Positions 1 to 8,948 of a DNA stretch of 64,000 bases are shown here, one piece after another (position 1 is the first letter of the stretch; each line of letters starts with the position of its first letter). This DNA comes from Candidatus Sericytochromatia bacterium. Its GTDB lineage: Bacteria > Cyanobacteriota > Sericytochromatia > S15B-MN24 > UBA4093. The position numbers and the translations under genes are program-made. The stretch is taken from positions 64,001 to 128,000 of the forward strand of contig JAKFBU010000073.1 in NCBI GenBank assembly GCA_036676985.1, read 5' to 3'. The notes beneath the pieces were generated by a model that did no database searches, was not told the DNA's origin, and saw nothing but the letters and a program-made list of their open reading frames with translations.

Positions 1-171
1 CCTCGCGGATCTGCAGGCCGGCCGCCTCACGTGGAGCCAGGAATGGCTCGCCGAACTGTCGGCCCGGCTATCCCCTCCTGCCAACGTTTAACGGCGTCTC
101 CCTCAGGCCATCCCCTCGACCCACCTCCCCCTAGCCTCTCGTCTGGCTGAATTCAAGGAAAGAAGAGCTGC

Positions 172-1467
172 ATGCCCCCGAAATCGTCCCTTGCGACCGG
201 CCGGATAACGGCTGGCCTCCTCGCCACGTTCCTGCTCGCCGGCAGCGTCTCACTCGCCGGCTGCCGCAAGCCGGAGGCTCCCAAGAGCGCCGAAGCGGCC
301 ACCGTCCTGACCGTGAGCAGCGAGCCCGCCGCGCCGCGCAAGCTGGCGCTCGAGACCGAGGTCAGCGGCAGTGTGGCCGCATGGGATCCCTTGCCGGTCA
401 TTCCGGCCGCCAACGGCCTGAAGATCGTCGAGGTCCTGGCGGAAGCGGGCGATACGGTCGAACAGGGCCAACCCCTGGTCAGGCTCGACAGCTCGGTGCT
501 CAGAGCCCAGCTGCTGCAGGCCAAGGCTCGCCTACAGAGCGCCCAGGCGCAGCTCGCCAAGATGAAGCGTCCGAGCCGCCCCCAGGAGCTCGCCAGCGCC
601 GAGGCGGCCGTCGCGCAGGCGGAGGCGTCGCTCAAGAGCGCGCAGGATGCCTACGACCGCGCCATGATGCTCAAGGCGGGGGGTAGCATCACCCACGCCG
701 AGATCGTCAGCCGCCAGGCGGCACTGGAGGCCGGCCGCGCCGCCGTCGAGCAGGCTCGCCAGCACCTGAACTTGCTGAAGGAGGGCTCGCGCCAGGAGGA
801 CCTCGCCATCGGCGAGGCCCAGGTCGCCGAGGCCAAGGCCGGGGTGGCCCAGGTCCAGTCGCTCTTGGAGCAGACCGAGGTCAAGGCACCGAGCGACGGC
901 TACCTCCTCACGCGTGACGCCCACCTGGGCGACATGTCGTCGGTCGCCAAGCCGCTCTACTCCATGGTTCGCCACTCGCGGCTGGAGGTCGAGGCCCTCG
1001 TTCCCGAGTCCGACCTCTCGCGCGTCGATGCGGGCCAACCGGCCATCATCACCTCGGACGCGCATCCGGGGCTGCGCGTGGTGGGCAAGGTCCGCCAGGT
1101 GAGCCCGCAGGTCGATGCCGGCAACCGTCTCGCCAAGCTCGAGATCGACGTCCCCAAGGCCAAGGCTCTGCGGGTCGGCATGTTCGTCAAGGCCCGGGTC
1201 CGGCTCGGTGAGCAGGACGTGCTCGCCGTGCCGTCCGCGGCCGTCGTCACGCGCGACGCCGGCAGCGAGGTCTTCGTGCTCGACGGCCAGCATGCGCGCC
1301 GCCGGCAGGTCGTGCTCGGCAGCCGCGCCGATGGCTACGTGGCCGTCATGGACGGCCTCCAGGCCGGCGAGAACGTCATCGTCAACGGCGTCGGCTTCCT
1401 CAAGGATGGCGATCGCGTGGGCGTCGCCCCCGCATTGCCCAAGGCCTCCGCGCAGGAAGGCAAGTAA
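172..1467 (+). CDS. RND efflux periplasmic adaptor (membrane fusion protein), probable lipoprotein
   Basis: Lipobox-like SLAGC; lipoyl-like EAGDTVEQGQPLVRLD; long alanine-rich coiled coil; C-terminal GLQAGENVIVNG; directly upstream of an RND permease. Confidence 0.93.
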   Translation: MPPKSSLATGRITAGLLATFLLAGSVSLAGCRKPEAPKSAEAATVLTVSSEPAAPRKLALETEVSGSVAAWDPLPVIPAANGLKIVEVLAEAGDTVEQGQPLVRLDSSVLRAQLLQAKARLQSAQAQLAKMKRPSRPQELASAEAAVAQAEASLKSAQDAYDRAMMLKAGGSITHAEIVSRQAALEAGRAAVEQARQHLNLLKEGSRQEDLAIGEAQVAEAKAGVAQVQSLLEQTEVKAPSDGYLLTRDAHLGDMSSVAKPLYSMVRHSRLEVEALVPESDLSRVDAGQPAIITSDAHPGLRVVGKVRQVSPQVDAGNRLAKLEIDVPKAKALRVGMFVKARVRLGEQDVLAVPSAAVVTRDAGSEVFVLDGQHARRRQVVLGSRADGYVAVMDGLQAGENVIVNGVGFLKDGDRVGVAPALPKASAQEGK

Positions 1468-1470
1468 CGC

Positions 1471-4400
1471 ATGAACATCTCCGCCTGGGCCATCAAGCGC
1501 CCCATTCCCATCATCCTGCTCTTCCTCTTCATCTCGATCATCGGCTTCGGCAGCTTCCGGCAGCTGGGCATCAACGAGAATCCCGACGTCGACTTCCCGA
1601 TGGTCACCATCACCGTCGCCCAGCCCGGGGCCTCGCCCAACGAGCTGGAGACGGAGGTCACCCGCAAGGTCGAAGACTCCTTGGTCGGCATCGCCAACCT
1701 CGAGCACATCCGCTCGACGGTCAGCGAGGGCGTCAGCCTCACCATGGCCGAGTTCAAGATCGGCACCAACTCGCAGCGGGCCCTGATCGACGTGCGTGAC
1801 GCCGTGGCGCGCATCCGCCAGCAGTTGCCGGGCGACATCACCGAGCCGACCGTGATGCAGCCGAACTTCGCCGGCGAGCCGTTCATCACCTACACGGTCG
1901 CGAGCGACAAGCGCTCGGTCGCCGAGATCTCGCGCTGGATCGACCAGGAGATCACCCGCAAGATCCTGTCGGTACCGGGCGTGGCCCAGGTGCAGCGCTC
2001 GGGCGGCGTGACGCGCGAGATCCGCGTGCAGTTGAACGCCAGCCGCTTGCAGGCGCTCGGCACCACGGTGGACAGCGTCAACGCGCAGCTGCGCATGCTC
2101 AACCTCAACCTGCCGGGCGGTCGCGGCGCCATCGGGTCGCAGGAGCAGGGCATCCGCACCCTCGGCTCCATGAAGTCCGTCGAGGAGCTGCGCGCCCTCC
2201 CCATCTCGCTCGGCAACGGGCAATTCGCCCGGCTCGACACCCTGGGAACCGTCGAGGACGGGGTTGCCGAGGTGCGCCAGAAGGCGTTCCTCGACGGCAA
2301 GCCCGTCGTCGGCTTCTCGGTGGTCCGCGCGCAGGGCGCTGCCCTGGTCCAGGCCGAAGAGGCGACCCGCAAGGCCGTCGACGAGCTCAAGCAGGAGCTG
2401 CCCGGCGACATCCGGATCGACATGGTCCGCACCTGGGCGGACTACACCCGGGCGGCGTACACCGCCTCGGTCGACGCCCTGCTCATCGGCGCGATCCTGG
2501 CCGTGATCGTCATCTTCGCCTTCCTCCGGAACTGGCAGTCGACGCTGATCTCGGCCCTGGCCATCCCCCTGTCCATCCTGGGCACCTTCATCTTCATGAA
2601 GTGGCTGGGCTACACCCTCAACAACATGACCCTCATCGGCTTGACGTTGGTGGTCGGCATCCTGGTGGACGACGCCATCGTCGACCTCGAGAACATCCAC
2701 CGGCACATGGCCATGGGCAAGAACCCCTTCAAGGCCGCCATCGAGGCGACCGACGAGATCGGGCTCGCTGTAGTGGCCACCACCTTCACCATCGTGTCGG
2801 TCTTCGTCGGCGTGGCCTTCATGGGCGGCATCCCGGGCATGTTCTTCCGGTCGTTCGCCCTGACGGTGACGGTGTCGGTCCTGTTCTCCCTCTTGGTGGC
2901 CCGGACCCTCACGCCCATGATGGCCGCCTACCTCCTGCCGTCGCCCAAGCACCACGACGAGCAGGACACCTTCTACCAGACGGCCTACCTCAAGCTGCTG
3001 GGGGCCTCCCTGCGGCATCGCTGGCTGACCATCGCCGCGGCCGTGGTCATCTTCATCGGGTCGCTCGCCCTGGTCCCCCTGATTCCCAAGGGGCTGTTCG
3101 GGAACGCCGACTACGGCGAGGCCACCGTGAATATCTCCTTGCCCGCCGGCTCGAGCCTGGCGGAGACCGAGGCGGTGGTGCAGGCCGTGAACCGGGTCCT
3201 GGCCACCCACCACGAAGTGGCCAAGTCGTTCGCCACCATCGGCAGCGGCGACAGCTCCGGCTTCGAGGGCACGGCAGGGTCGGTCTCGAGCGCTAAGGTC
3301 AACGTGATCCTCAAGCCCAAGCACGAGCGCAAGATGACGGTCGACGAGTTCCAGACCGCCGTCACCCCGGCGCTCAAGGCGATCCCCGGCGCCCGGATCG
3401 ACGTCAACAAGCTCGGCGGCTTCGGGGGGACCAAGCCCGTCAGCATCATCCTCCAGGGCACGGACCCCGTCGCCCTGGACAAGGCCGCCGACGGCCTGCT
3501 CAACGACATGCGCACGCTGAGCGACCTGCGGGACGTGACTTCGACAGCCGCCGAGCTGCGCCCCGAGATCCAGATCCGGCCGGACTTCCAGCGAGCCGCC
3601 GAGCAAGGCGTCTCGGTCGCGACCATCGGCCGGCTCGCGCGCCTCGCGACGCAGGGCGACAGCGACTTCAACCTCGCCAAGTTCAACACCGGCGATCGCC
3701 AGCTCAACATCCGGGTCGAGCTCACGGACACCGCCAAGCAGGATCTCGACGCCATCGGCAACATGATGGTGCCGGGCCGCAACGGGCTGGTGCCCTTGCG
3801 TTCGGTCGCGACGATCGCGATGGGCTCGGGCCCGGTCTCGATCAGCCGCTACGACCGGGCGCGCCAGGTCACGATCGGCGCCAACATGAACGCCGGCGTG
3901 AGCCTGGGCGACGCCATGGCCAAGGTCCAGAAGCTGCCGACGCTGCAGAGCCTGCCGGCAGGCGTCGCCCAGGACACGCTGGGCGAGTCCAAGATCATGG
4001 CCGACATCTTCATGGGCTTCATGACGTCGTTCGGCCTGGGGATCCTGCTCACCTACGCGGTGCTGGTGCTGTTGTTCAGCGGCTTCCTGCAGCCGCTCAC
4101 GATCATGGGCGCCCTGCCGCTCGCCATCGGCGGCGCGCTCGCGGGCCTGCTGATCGGCCGCAAGGAGCTCGACATGATGGCACTGATCGGCATCTTGATG
4201 CTGATGGGGCTGGTCACGAAGAACTCGATTCTGCTGGTCGAATACGCCATGAAGATGCGGGCGGACGGCCACAGCCGCTTCGACGCCCTGTTGATGGCCG
4301 GCAAGAACCGGATTCGCCCCATCCTCATGACGACGATCGCCATGATCGCCGGCATGCTGCCCATCGCCCTGGCCCTCGGCGAAGGCACCGAAAGCCTCTC

Positions 4401-4584
4401 GCCCATGGCCGTCGCCGTGATCGGCGGTCTGGTCACCTCGACGCTCTTGACGCTGGTCGTCATCCCGGCGGCCTACACGGTCGTGGATGACCTGCAGGGC
4501 TTGGTGCGGCGGGTCTTCCGGTTGGGCAAGTCGGAGGACGTGTCGGCCGAGCCGTCCGTCCCGGCCTCGGCCCAGGTTCGCTAG
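1471..4584 (+). CDS. RND efflux permease, AcrB/AcrD/AcrF family
   Basis: 1037 aa; MNISAWAIKRP start; TM4 GILVDDAIVDLENI; GLVTKNSILLVE; RIRPILMTT; two periplasmic loops. Confidence 0.96.
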   Translation: MNISAWAIKRPIPIILLFLFISIIGFGSFRQLGINENPDVDFPMVTITVAQPGASPNELETEVTRKVEDSLVGIANLEHIRSTVSEGVSLTMAEFKIGTNSQRALIDVRDAVARIRQQLPGDITEPTVMQPNFAGEPFITYTVASDKRSVAEISRWIDQEITRKILSVPGVAQVQRSGGVTREIRVQLNASRLQALGTTVDSVNAQLRMLNLNLPGGRGAIGSQEQGIRTLGSMKSVEELRALPISLGNGQFARLDTLGTVEDGVAEVRQKAFLDGKPVVGFSVVRAQGAALVQAEEATRKAVDELKQELPGDIRIDMVRTWADYTRAAYTASVDALLIGAILAVIVIFAFLRNWQSTLISALAIPLSILGTFIFMKWLGYTLNNMTLIGLTLVVGILVDDAIVDLENIHRHMAMGKNPFKAAIEATDEIGLAVVATTFTIVSVFVGVAFMGGIPGMFFRSFALTVTVSVLFSLLVARTLTPMMAAYLLPSPKHHDEQDTFYQTAYLKLLGASLRHRWLTIAAAVVIFIGSLALVPLIPKGLFGNADYGEATVNISLPAGSSLAETEAVVQAVNRVLATHHEVAKSFATIGSGDSSGFEGTAGSVSSAKVNVILKPKHERKMTVDEFQTAVTPALKAIPGARIDVNKLGGFGGTKPVSIILQGTDPVALDKAADGLLNDMRTLSDLRDVTSTAAELRPEIQIRPDFQRAAEQGVSVATIGRLARLATQGDSDFNLAKFNTGDRQLNIRVELTDTAKQDLDAIGNMMVPGRNGLVPLRSVATIAMGSGPVSISRYDRARQVTIGANMNAGVSLGDAMAKVQKLPTLQSLPAGVAQDTLGESKIMADIFMGFMTSFGLGILLTYAVLVLLFSGFLQPLTIMGALPLAIGGALAGLLIGRKELDMMALIGILMLMGLVTKNSILLVEYAMKMRADGHSRFDALLMAGKNRIRPILMTTIAMIAGMLPIALALGEGTESLSPMAVAVIGGLVTSTLLTLVVIPAAYTVVDDLQGLVRRVFRLGKSEDVSAEPSVPASAQVR

Positions 4585-4598
4585 GAGAGGAGCCTTCC

Positions 4599-5897
4599 AT
4601 GAAACGTCACCTTCGATCGTTCGGGATGGGGGCCTCGCTCTGGCTGGCCCTCGCCTCCCCCTCACTCGCCGCCGAGGCCCCGCTCACCCTGCACGAGGTC
4701 GTGGGATTGGCCCGCGATCGCCACCTCAGCGTCAAGGCGAGCCGCCACATGCTCCAGGCCGCAGAGGCCCAGAAGTCCGAGGCCTTCAGTCGCTATTTGC
4801 CGAGCCTCGGACTGGAGACGGGGCCCAGCTACAGCCACCTTCCCGGCGCCAACCTCGCCGCCATCCCGGGCGTCGGGGGAATGGTCGGCTTCCCGAGTTC
4901 CGGAACGGTGATCGACACGACGCTGTCGCTGCGGCAGGTGGTCTTCGACGGCTTCGCCACCAGCGATGCCGTGCGCCTCGCGGAGCTGGGCGTGGACATC
5001 AGCCGCGAGCAACTGAAGGCGTCCGAGCAGGAGACCATGCAGAACGCGGCGCTGGCCTACTTCCAGGTGCTGCGGGCCGAAGGGCTCCGGCGGGTCGCGA
5101 CCGAGACCCTCGCGCAGGACGAGGAGCACCTACACCAGGGAGAAGCTCGCTTCGCGGCCGGCAACACCACCCGCATGGACGTGCTGCAGCTGAAGGCCAT
5201 CGTCGCCAACGCCCGCGTGGCGCTCAAGCAGGCGCAGAACGCCGTCGAGATCGCCCGCCTTGGCCTCGCGCACGCCATCGCCCAGCCCGTCGCGGATCGG
5301 CCGCTGGCGGCCCCGCAAGGCCTGTCCGTGCGGCTCCAGGAGTCGGCGTCCGCCATCCGGCAGCGGCCGGACTTCCGGCAGGCCGAGCTCCGGGTCACGC
5401 AAAGCGAGACTCGCTCGGCGCTCGAAAGCCGGGGGCTCTGGCCGACCATCTCCGCCACCTCACGCTACAGCCAGCGGGACGCCAACCAGGGTATCGTCTC
5501 GGCCGGCGTCACCGTCGGCTGGAGCTTCCTGGACAGCTCCCGCGTCTTGCGCCGGATGGAGGCCAGCCAGAACGAGGCGGAGGCGAGCCGCCTCCAGCTT
5601 CAGCTCACCTCCCAGGTCATCGAGCTGGAGCTGCAGCAGGGCCTCAAGCGACGTGACGAAGCGTTGGGTCGTGCCGAGGCCCTCAAGGAAGGCCTTGCGG
5701 CCGCCCAGGAAGCGTATCGCCTTGCGAAGGAACGCTTTGTGGCCGGCTTGGCGACCAACGTCGAGCTGCGGGACGTCCAGACAACGCTGGTGCAGACGGA
5801 GAACAGCCTCTTGCAGGCCGAGACCGACTGGCGCGAAGCGGAGGTCCGCCTCGCCCGGGCGATGGGAGTCGACCTGGCCGGCTTTCTGGCCCAGTAG
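4599..5897 (+). CDS. TolC-family outer membrane efflux protein
   Basis: Signal peptide; AYFQVLRAE and AAQEAYRLAKERFVAGLATNVEL motifs; third gene of the RND operon with AGGAG RBS. Confidence 0.92.
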   Translation: MKRHLRSFGMGASLWLALASPSLAAEAPLTLHEVVGLARDRHLSVKASRHMLQAAEAQKSEAFSRYLPSLGLETGPSYSHLPGANLAAIPGVGGMVGFPSSGTVIDTTLSLRQVVFDGFATSDAVRLAELGVDISREQLKASEQETMQNAALAYFQVLRAEGLRRVATETLAQDEEHLHQGEARFAAGNTTRMDVLQLKAIVANARVALKQAQNAVEIARLGLAHAIAQPVADRPLAAPQGLSVRLQESASAIRQRPDFRQAELRVTQSETRSALESRGLWPTISATSRYSQRDANQGIVSAGVTVGWSFLDSSRVLRRMEASQNEAEASRLQLQLTSQVIELELQQGLKRRDEALGRAEALKEGLAAAQEAYRLAKERFVAGLATNVELRDVQTTLVQTENSLLQAETDWREAEVRLARAMGVDLAGFLAQ

Positions 5898-5922
5898 GGC
5901 GGACTCAGCCGTTCCCACCGGG

Positions 5923-5955
5923 ACCGCCCTCGGCGCCAAGCGCGCCGAGGGCGGT
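5923..5955 (+). terminator. GC-rich hairpin after the RND-TolC operon
   Basis: 14-bp inverted repeat accgccctcggcgc / gcgccgagggcggt 25 nt after the stop; no strong U tract. Confidence 0.5.
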
Positions 5956-6094
5956 GTCACATGGTCCCCGAGGGCTTGCCGAGATCCCGTGAGGCGGCCT
6001 TTCAGCATAGAGTTCGACCCCTCGCCGGGGTAGAAATCAGCAGCAGTCCTCGTTCGCCCGTGGATGGCGAGCGGTCTTGTCCAAGGTAGGTCCC

Positions 6095-7303
6095 ATGTCT
6101 TCCGTTCGGCGTCCCTGGGTTCCTGTGAGTCTCGGCTTCCTGTTGTCCGCCGTACTCGGCACCCCTCCGGCCATCGCCCAGGCGACGTCCACCGAGGCGA
6201 AGCCTCTCGAGCCGTCGCTCGTCATGCCGGAATTGCCGGGCATCGGCTTTGGCCGCGGTCACTGGAGCACGAGTCTCGGCGTCTTCGCGTGGACCGACAA
6301 GCTCTGGCTGCGCAACCTCCACCTGCAGGCCGATCTGGACCTGCTGCCCGGCACGCGCGCCCACGCGATCGTCCGGTCCAACCGCGAGTTCAACACCCTC
6401 GCGGGTATCGAGCCCTTCCTGGATGAGGCCTACCTCGAAGGGTTCGGCCACTGGGACTGGGGCGGAAGGCTCTCCGCCAACCTGAAGCTGGGACGCACCC
6501 GGTACCTGAGCTTTCCCTATCCGGACCACATCGCCGTCTTCGACCAGGTGCCGAGCGTCTACGACCTCCGGGGCCGAGGCACGGCCGACTTCACGGGCTA
6601 CGAAGGGGCCCTGGTCACGCTGGACTACGCGCACGGGTCGGGGCTGGGCTGGCACTTCGTCAACCTCTCGGGCCGCAATGTCGCGCACTTCGGCCGCTAT
6701 CGGGCGGAGCTCGGGCCGTTCGTGCTGGAGGGCCGCGCAGGCGACCTGCAGATCCGGCCCGAGCCGCTCGGCCGTTCGGCGCCCGGTTACAACCTCTTCA
6801 CGGGGGCGCGCTGGGGAGGATATCAGGCCGGCGTGCTGTATGAACGGTTAGCAGGGCAGCCAATCTACACCGGGGTGATGGTGGGCTTTGCCTCCAACTG
6901 GCTGACCCAGTATGCCGGAAACGTGGGCATCGACTACGCGCGATCGCCACAGGGCGTGGCCATGCACCTCACGCCCTTGAAGGGGACGTTCGGGTTGGAA
7001 GGCGCAGCGCCCGAGGGAGCCGAGCTGGTGGGAGAGGTCGCGGCCGAGCGGATCCGGACCTACTGGCAGAACAGCCAGATCCGGAACTTCTACGAGCACC
7101 GCCGCTCGAGCTGGGGCGACACCACGGATCCGAGCCTCGTCGCCGTCATCGAGGAAGAACCCTGGTACCTTCAGGCCGAGGCGCTGGTCAGTCCGAACAA
7201 CTCCTTCCAGAGCTGGGGCGATCTGGTTCGCTGGGAGGCTCAGCGGCAGGGCCCCGCGCAAATCAGCCAACAGGTACGCTACCGGTTCTACCGACCGAAG
7301 TAG
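6095..7303 (+). CDS. Hypothetical exported protein, possible outer-membrane beta-barrel
   Basis: AAGGTAGG then ATG at 6095; signal peptide ending AIA-QA; aromatic and Gly-rich alternating strands; GC3-rich codons; family not recognised. Confidence 0.75.
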   Translation: MSSVRRPWVPVSLGFLLSAVLGTPPAIAQATSTEAKPLEPSLVMPELPGIGFGRGHWSTSLGVFAWTDKLWLRNLHLQADLDLLPGTRAHAIVRSNREFNTLAGIEPFLDEAYLEGFGHWDWGGRLSANLKLGRTRYLSFPYPDHIAVFDQVPSVYDLRGRGTADFTGYEGALVTLDYAHGSGLGWHFVNLSGRNVAHFGRYRAELGPFVLEGRAGDLQIRPEPLGRSAPGYNLFTGARWGGYQAGVLYERLAGQPIYTGVMVGFASNWLTQYAGNVGIDYARSPQGVAMHLTPLKGTFGLEGAAPEGAELVGEVAAERIRTYWQNSQIRNFYEHRRSSWGDTTDPSLVAVIEEEPWYLQAEALVSPNNSFQSWGDLVRWEAQRQGPAQISQQVRYRFYRPK

Positions 7304-7342
7304 CCGCTGTAAGGCGGAAGCGATGCCGAGGACCGTGCAGCC

Positions 7343-8488
7343 TCAAGCCCTCGGCTCCTCCAGGGGAAGGGTGAAGTAGAAGGTCGACCCTTGACCCGGC
7401 ACGCTCTGCACCCCGATCTGACCTCCGTGCGCCTCGACGAGGGTCTTGGCGATCGCCAGGCCGAGGCCGGTGCCGCCCCCCTTTCGCACGCCGCCGTCCA
7501 GCTGGCTGAAGCGCTGGAACAGCTTGGGAATGTCCTCCTCGGCAATTCCGATGCCCGTGTCCCGTACCTCGCACCGGAGCCACGGGCCCTCGGCCCGGGC
7601 CGAGACGGTCACGCTGCCGCCCGCCGGAGTGAACTTGATGGCGTTGGTGAGCAGGTTGGACAGGACCTGCTCGATGCGCTGGGGGTCCAGGCACAGCAAG
7701 AGGCGCTCGGGAACCGCAGCCAGCGCGAGGTCGATGCGGGCCTCCTCCGCAGCGGGCCGCAGGCTCTCGACCACCTCGCGGATCTTGGCCCCGACGTCGG
7801 CGCGCTCGAACTGCAGCGTGAAGGTCCCGGCCTCGATCCGGGCGTATTCGAGCAGATCGTTGACGAGGCGCTCGAGGCGCTTGGTGCTGTTGAAGATCTG
7901 GCGCGTGTAGTCCAGGTGAGCCGGGGAAAGCGTCCCCCCCACGCCTTCCTGCATCAGCTCGACGTAGCCGATAATGCTCGTCAACGGCGTCCGGAGCTCA
8001 TGGGAGATCGAGTTGACGAAGAGGTTCTTGAGGCGATCGAGCTTCTGGGCGGCCTCGATCTGCTCCCTGGCCTCCCGCTCCCGCCGTTCGCTCTCGGCAC
8101 GCGCTGCGCGCACACGCGCCTCGCTGAGCTCCCGCTCGATGGCCGGGACGAGCCGGGCCAAGTTGTCCTTCCGGATGAAGTCCTTTGCCCCTTCCCGCAT
8201 GAGGGTGGCCGCCATCTCCTCGCCGACGGCGCCCGAGACGACGATAAAGGGCACATCCACTCCCCGCCGGTTGAATTGCTGAAGGGCCTCGATCCCGCTG
8301 AACCGCGGCATGTTGAAGTCCGCCACGATCAGGTCCCACGGTCGCGATCCGAGCTGAAACTCCAGCTCCTGCGGGGTCTCCACCCGCACCCAATTAGGCT
8401 CGAAGCCGTTCAGCACCAGGACGCGAATCAGCAGCAGGGCGTCGTTCTCCGAGTCCTCGATCAACAGGACATTCAGCGGCTTGTCCAT
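7343..8488 (-). CDS. Hybrid protein: N-terminal receiver domain plus HisKA/HATPase histidine kinase
   Basis: [10 protein letters not shown] and DFNMP receiver motifs; [11 protein letters not shown]-box; [16 protein letters not shown] and GTGLGLAI boxes. Confidence 0.94.
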   Translation of the reverse strand: MDKPLNVLLIEDSENDALLLIRVLVLNGFEPNWVRVETPQELEFQLGSRPWDLIVADFNMPRFSGIEALQQFNRRGVDVPFIVVSGAVGEEMAATLMREGAKDFIRKDNLARLVPAIERELSEARVRAARAESERREREAREQIEAAQKLDRLKNLFVNSISHELRTPLTSIIGYVELMQEGVGGTLSPAHLDYTRQIFNSTKRLERLVNDLLEYARIEAGTFTLQFERADVGAKIREVVESLRPAAEEARIDLALAAVPERLLLCLDPQRIEQVLSNLLTNAIKFTPAGGSVTVSARAEGPWLRCEVRDTGIGIAEEDIPKLFQRFSQLDGGVRKGGGTGLGLAIAKTLVEAHGGQIGVQSVPGQGSTFYFTLPLEEPRA

Positions 8489-8489
8489 G

Positions 8490-8948
8490 TCAACCCTCCG
8501 GGGCGGGAGGCTGGACGTTGAACATGAGCCAGTAAAGCCCCAGCTGACGCACGGCCTCCAGGAAGTCGTTGAAGTCGATCGGCTTTCGCAGGTAGCTGTT
8601 GGCCCCGAGGCTGTAGCTGGCGATGAGGTCCTGCTCCTCCTGCGACGAGGTCAGCACGATCACCGGCACCAGCCGGGTCCGATGCTCGGCCCGCACCCGC
8701 TTGAGGACCTCGAGTCCGTCCACCTTCTTCAGCTTCAGGTCGAGGAGGATGAACTGCGGCAGCTCGTTGACATCCCGGCCCGCATAGTCCCCGGTACCGA
8801 ACAGGTAGTCCAGCGCCTCTCGCCCGTCGTTGGCGACGATCACCCGGTTAGCCAGGTTGCTCTTCTTGAAGGCCCGGAGGGTCAGCTCGACGTCGTCCGG
8901 GTTGTCCTCAACCAGCAGGATGCAGCCGTCATGAGTGGTAGTTGCCAT
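8490..8948 (-). CDS. Single-domain response regulator (Rcp1-like)
   Basis: [38 protein letters not shown]. Start at ATG 8948 (MATTTHD) after GGAGG, shorter than the ORF-track call. Confidence 0.93.
   Translation of the reverse strand: MATTTHDGCILLVEDNPDDVELTLRAFKKSNLANRVIVANDGREALDYLFGTGDYAGRDVNELPQFILLDLKLKKVDGLEVLKRVRAEHRTRLVPVIVLTSSQEEQDLIASYSLGANSYLRKPIDFNDFLEAVRQLGLYWLMFNVQPPAPEG

Noticed and set aside
532-4665. 1377-aa minus-strand ORF and similar long ORFs (e.g. 21220..23727, 26357..28588, 40193..42853, 42769..44832, 49505..51808)
   Set aside because: Antisense or alternate-frame shadows of well-supported genes. High GC suppresses stop codons, and the translations lack recognisable motifs.
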